Shown here piece after piece: positions 57,982-59,290 of a stretch of 59,290 nt of DNA. Each line of letters begins with the position of its first letter. Within the stretch, counting starts at the first letter, position 1. The stretch covers positions 1 to 59,290 of IMG/VR virus record IMGVR_UViG_3300025789_000042. One strand, given 5' to 3'. The DNA is from a virus. Lineage: Duplodnaviria; Caudoviricetes. The position numbers and the translations under genes were made by a program. A model generated the notes under the pieces. The model saw only the letters and a list, made by a program, of their open reading frames with translations, did not search any database and had not been told where the DNA came from.

Positions 57982-58526
57982 GTGTTCTTTTCCTTTATGC
58001 CGTGGGCGGCTTCAATGATTTGTTTTTCATAAGCAGCTATAGCCGCATTAAAATTTTTACCATCGTTCATCATTGCTAAGTTATACCCAGCTTTCATGCC
58101 TCGCAAATATGTTTTATCAGCTAATAATTGACCCTCAAGCTCATCCGTTAATTGCTTACGGGGTTGTGGGTGGGTGTAGAGAGGTTCGTAAACACTTCCG
58201 TCAACAGGCTCTGGGGAATCACAAAAGAAAAAACACTTGTTGTGTTCATTCCAATACCTATACGCCACAGGCTCACCCTGCTCTGCCTTGGGTTGTGGTT
58301 GTGGATGTGCGTACTCAATGTCTACACGCAACTTGTCAGCATTGCCGCATCTAGGGCAACGCAGCAAAGCTGTACGGGTTTCAATTTTCACCACGGGTTC
58401 TTGCTTCTCTGCCTCTGCGATGGCTTGGCGCAACCTATTGTTTTCTGCTTTCAACGATTCAACTTTTCTTGCGGATTCGTAGAGCGCCTCTGCTACAACA
58501 TTAAAGTGTTTCATTATTTCACTCAT
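57978..58526 (-). CDS. Hypothetical EPVA/PLYT-repeat family protein, paralogue 1
   Basis: N-terminal ~45 aa nearly identical to 58530..59039. Confidence 0.7.
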   Translation of the reverse strand: MSEIMKHFNVVAEALYESARKVESLKAENNRLRQAIAEAEKQEPVVKIETRTALLRCPRCGNADKLRVDIEYAHPQPQPKAEQGEPVAYRYWNEHNKCFFFCDSPEPVDGSVYEPLYTHPQPRKQLTDELEGQLLADKTYLRGMKAGYNLAMMNDGKNFNAAIAAYEKQIIEAAHGIKEKNT

Positions 58527-58529
58527 TTT

Positions 58530-59039
58530 TTACTCCTTGTTGACGTGCTCATCAAGCCAAGCCTGCACCTCGCCGCCTGACCACATTTTGCGTAGCATTG
58601 TTGGAAACTTCACTGGCTTGCGAATTTGTGGTGCGGGAATTGCCATATCTCCGCAGTTTGGGCACTCAATTTCCTGCCAGTTTGTTTGAAATTTTATTTT
58701 TTTACGCATTTCCTCATGCGCTTTCAACCAGCCAAACGCATAAGCGGTTTTTTCTGATTCTGTTTGACATTCAGGCGGAGCGTTTAAATATGGGTTGGTA
58801 TATAGAGGAACAAGTATGTATTCCTTAGAATCCCCATTTTCTGAATGTTGTTCAGGCCAATGCAAAGTTTTGCTTCCTCCCATTCGATGAAAAACAGCAA
58901 ATGCCACAGGCTCTTGCTGCTCTGACTCTGCAATGGCTTGGCGCAACCTATTGTTTTCTGCTTTCAACGCTCCAACTTTTCTTACGGATTCGTAGAGCGC
59001 CTCTGCTACAACATTAAAGTGTTTCATTACTTCACTCAT
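58530..59039 (-). CDS. Hypothetical EPVA/PLYT-repeat family protein, paralogue 2
   Basis: EPVA...PLYT; FPTMLRKMWSGGEVQAW. Confidence 0.7.
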   Translation of the reverse strand: MSEVMKHFNVVAEALYESVRKVGALKAENNRLRQAIAESEQQEPVAFAVFHRMGGSKTLHWPEQHSENGDSKEYILVPLYTNPYLNAPPECQTESEKTAYAFGWLKAHEEMRKKIKFQTNWQEIECPNCGDMAIPAPQIRKPVKFPTMLRKMWSGGEVQAWLDEHVNKE

Positions 59040-59042
59040 ATC

Positions 59043-59290
59043 TCACTCCTTTATGCCGTGGGCTTTTTCAATAGTTTTGACAATTTGACGCCAACTTGGA
59101 GCCTCTAGGTCTTTTGCTATTTCCCAGATTTGCTCATCCGTCAGCGGCTTGCGTTGTTGTGGATGGGTGTAGAGAGGTGTTGAATTTTTCCACAAATTTT
59201 GAACAAATGCTGGTTGTCGATGGCGAAGATTTGATTCCGTGATTGAAATTTCATCGCCACTTGAGTTGAGCATCATCCATGCCACAGGCT
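59043..59290 (-). CDS. Partial EPVA/PLYT-family protein (5' end outside window)
   Basis: The frame is open to the window edge (EPVAWM...PLYTHPQ..PLTDEQI). Confidence 0.6.
   Translation of the reverse strand, partial: PVAWMMLNSSGDEISITESNLRHRQPAFVQNLWKNSTPLYTHPQQRKPLTDEQIWEIAKDLEAPSWRQIVKTIEKAHGIKE

Overview
The window is most of a tailed dsDNA phage genome with podovirus-like architecture. The host is probably a Gram-negative proteobacterium, inferred from the Rz/Rz1 spanins and sigma-54 motifs. The + strand (851-36138) carries packaging, head, tail, lysis and ejection genes: TerL, portal, GroES, scaffold, Mu gpT-like major capsid, collagen fibre, GH108 endolysin, nozzle and an SLT ejection protein. 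The - strand (36185-59285) carries replication and early genes: PolA, class II RNR, 3 tRNAs, SSB, Cas4-like nuclease, a displaced TerS, SNF2 helicase, primase-helicase, an Rnl2-like ligase, RtcB and a truncated sigma factor. Standout observations are (1) seven sigma-54 -24/-12 consensus boxes in both orientations in the first 175 bp, (2) a free-standing intein/LAGLIDADG protein lacking its catalytic residues, translationally coupled to TerL, (3) a fixed-spacing bipartite phage promoter motif in 7 copies, alongside a sigma70 lacking region 4 and a separate region-4-like gene, (4) three pseudoknot-forming leaders, and (5) an anti-defence set of two RNA ligases, tRNAs and an Acb2/Tad1-like protein. 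All calls come from motif recognition by eye; no searches were run.
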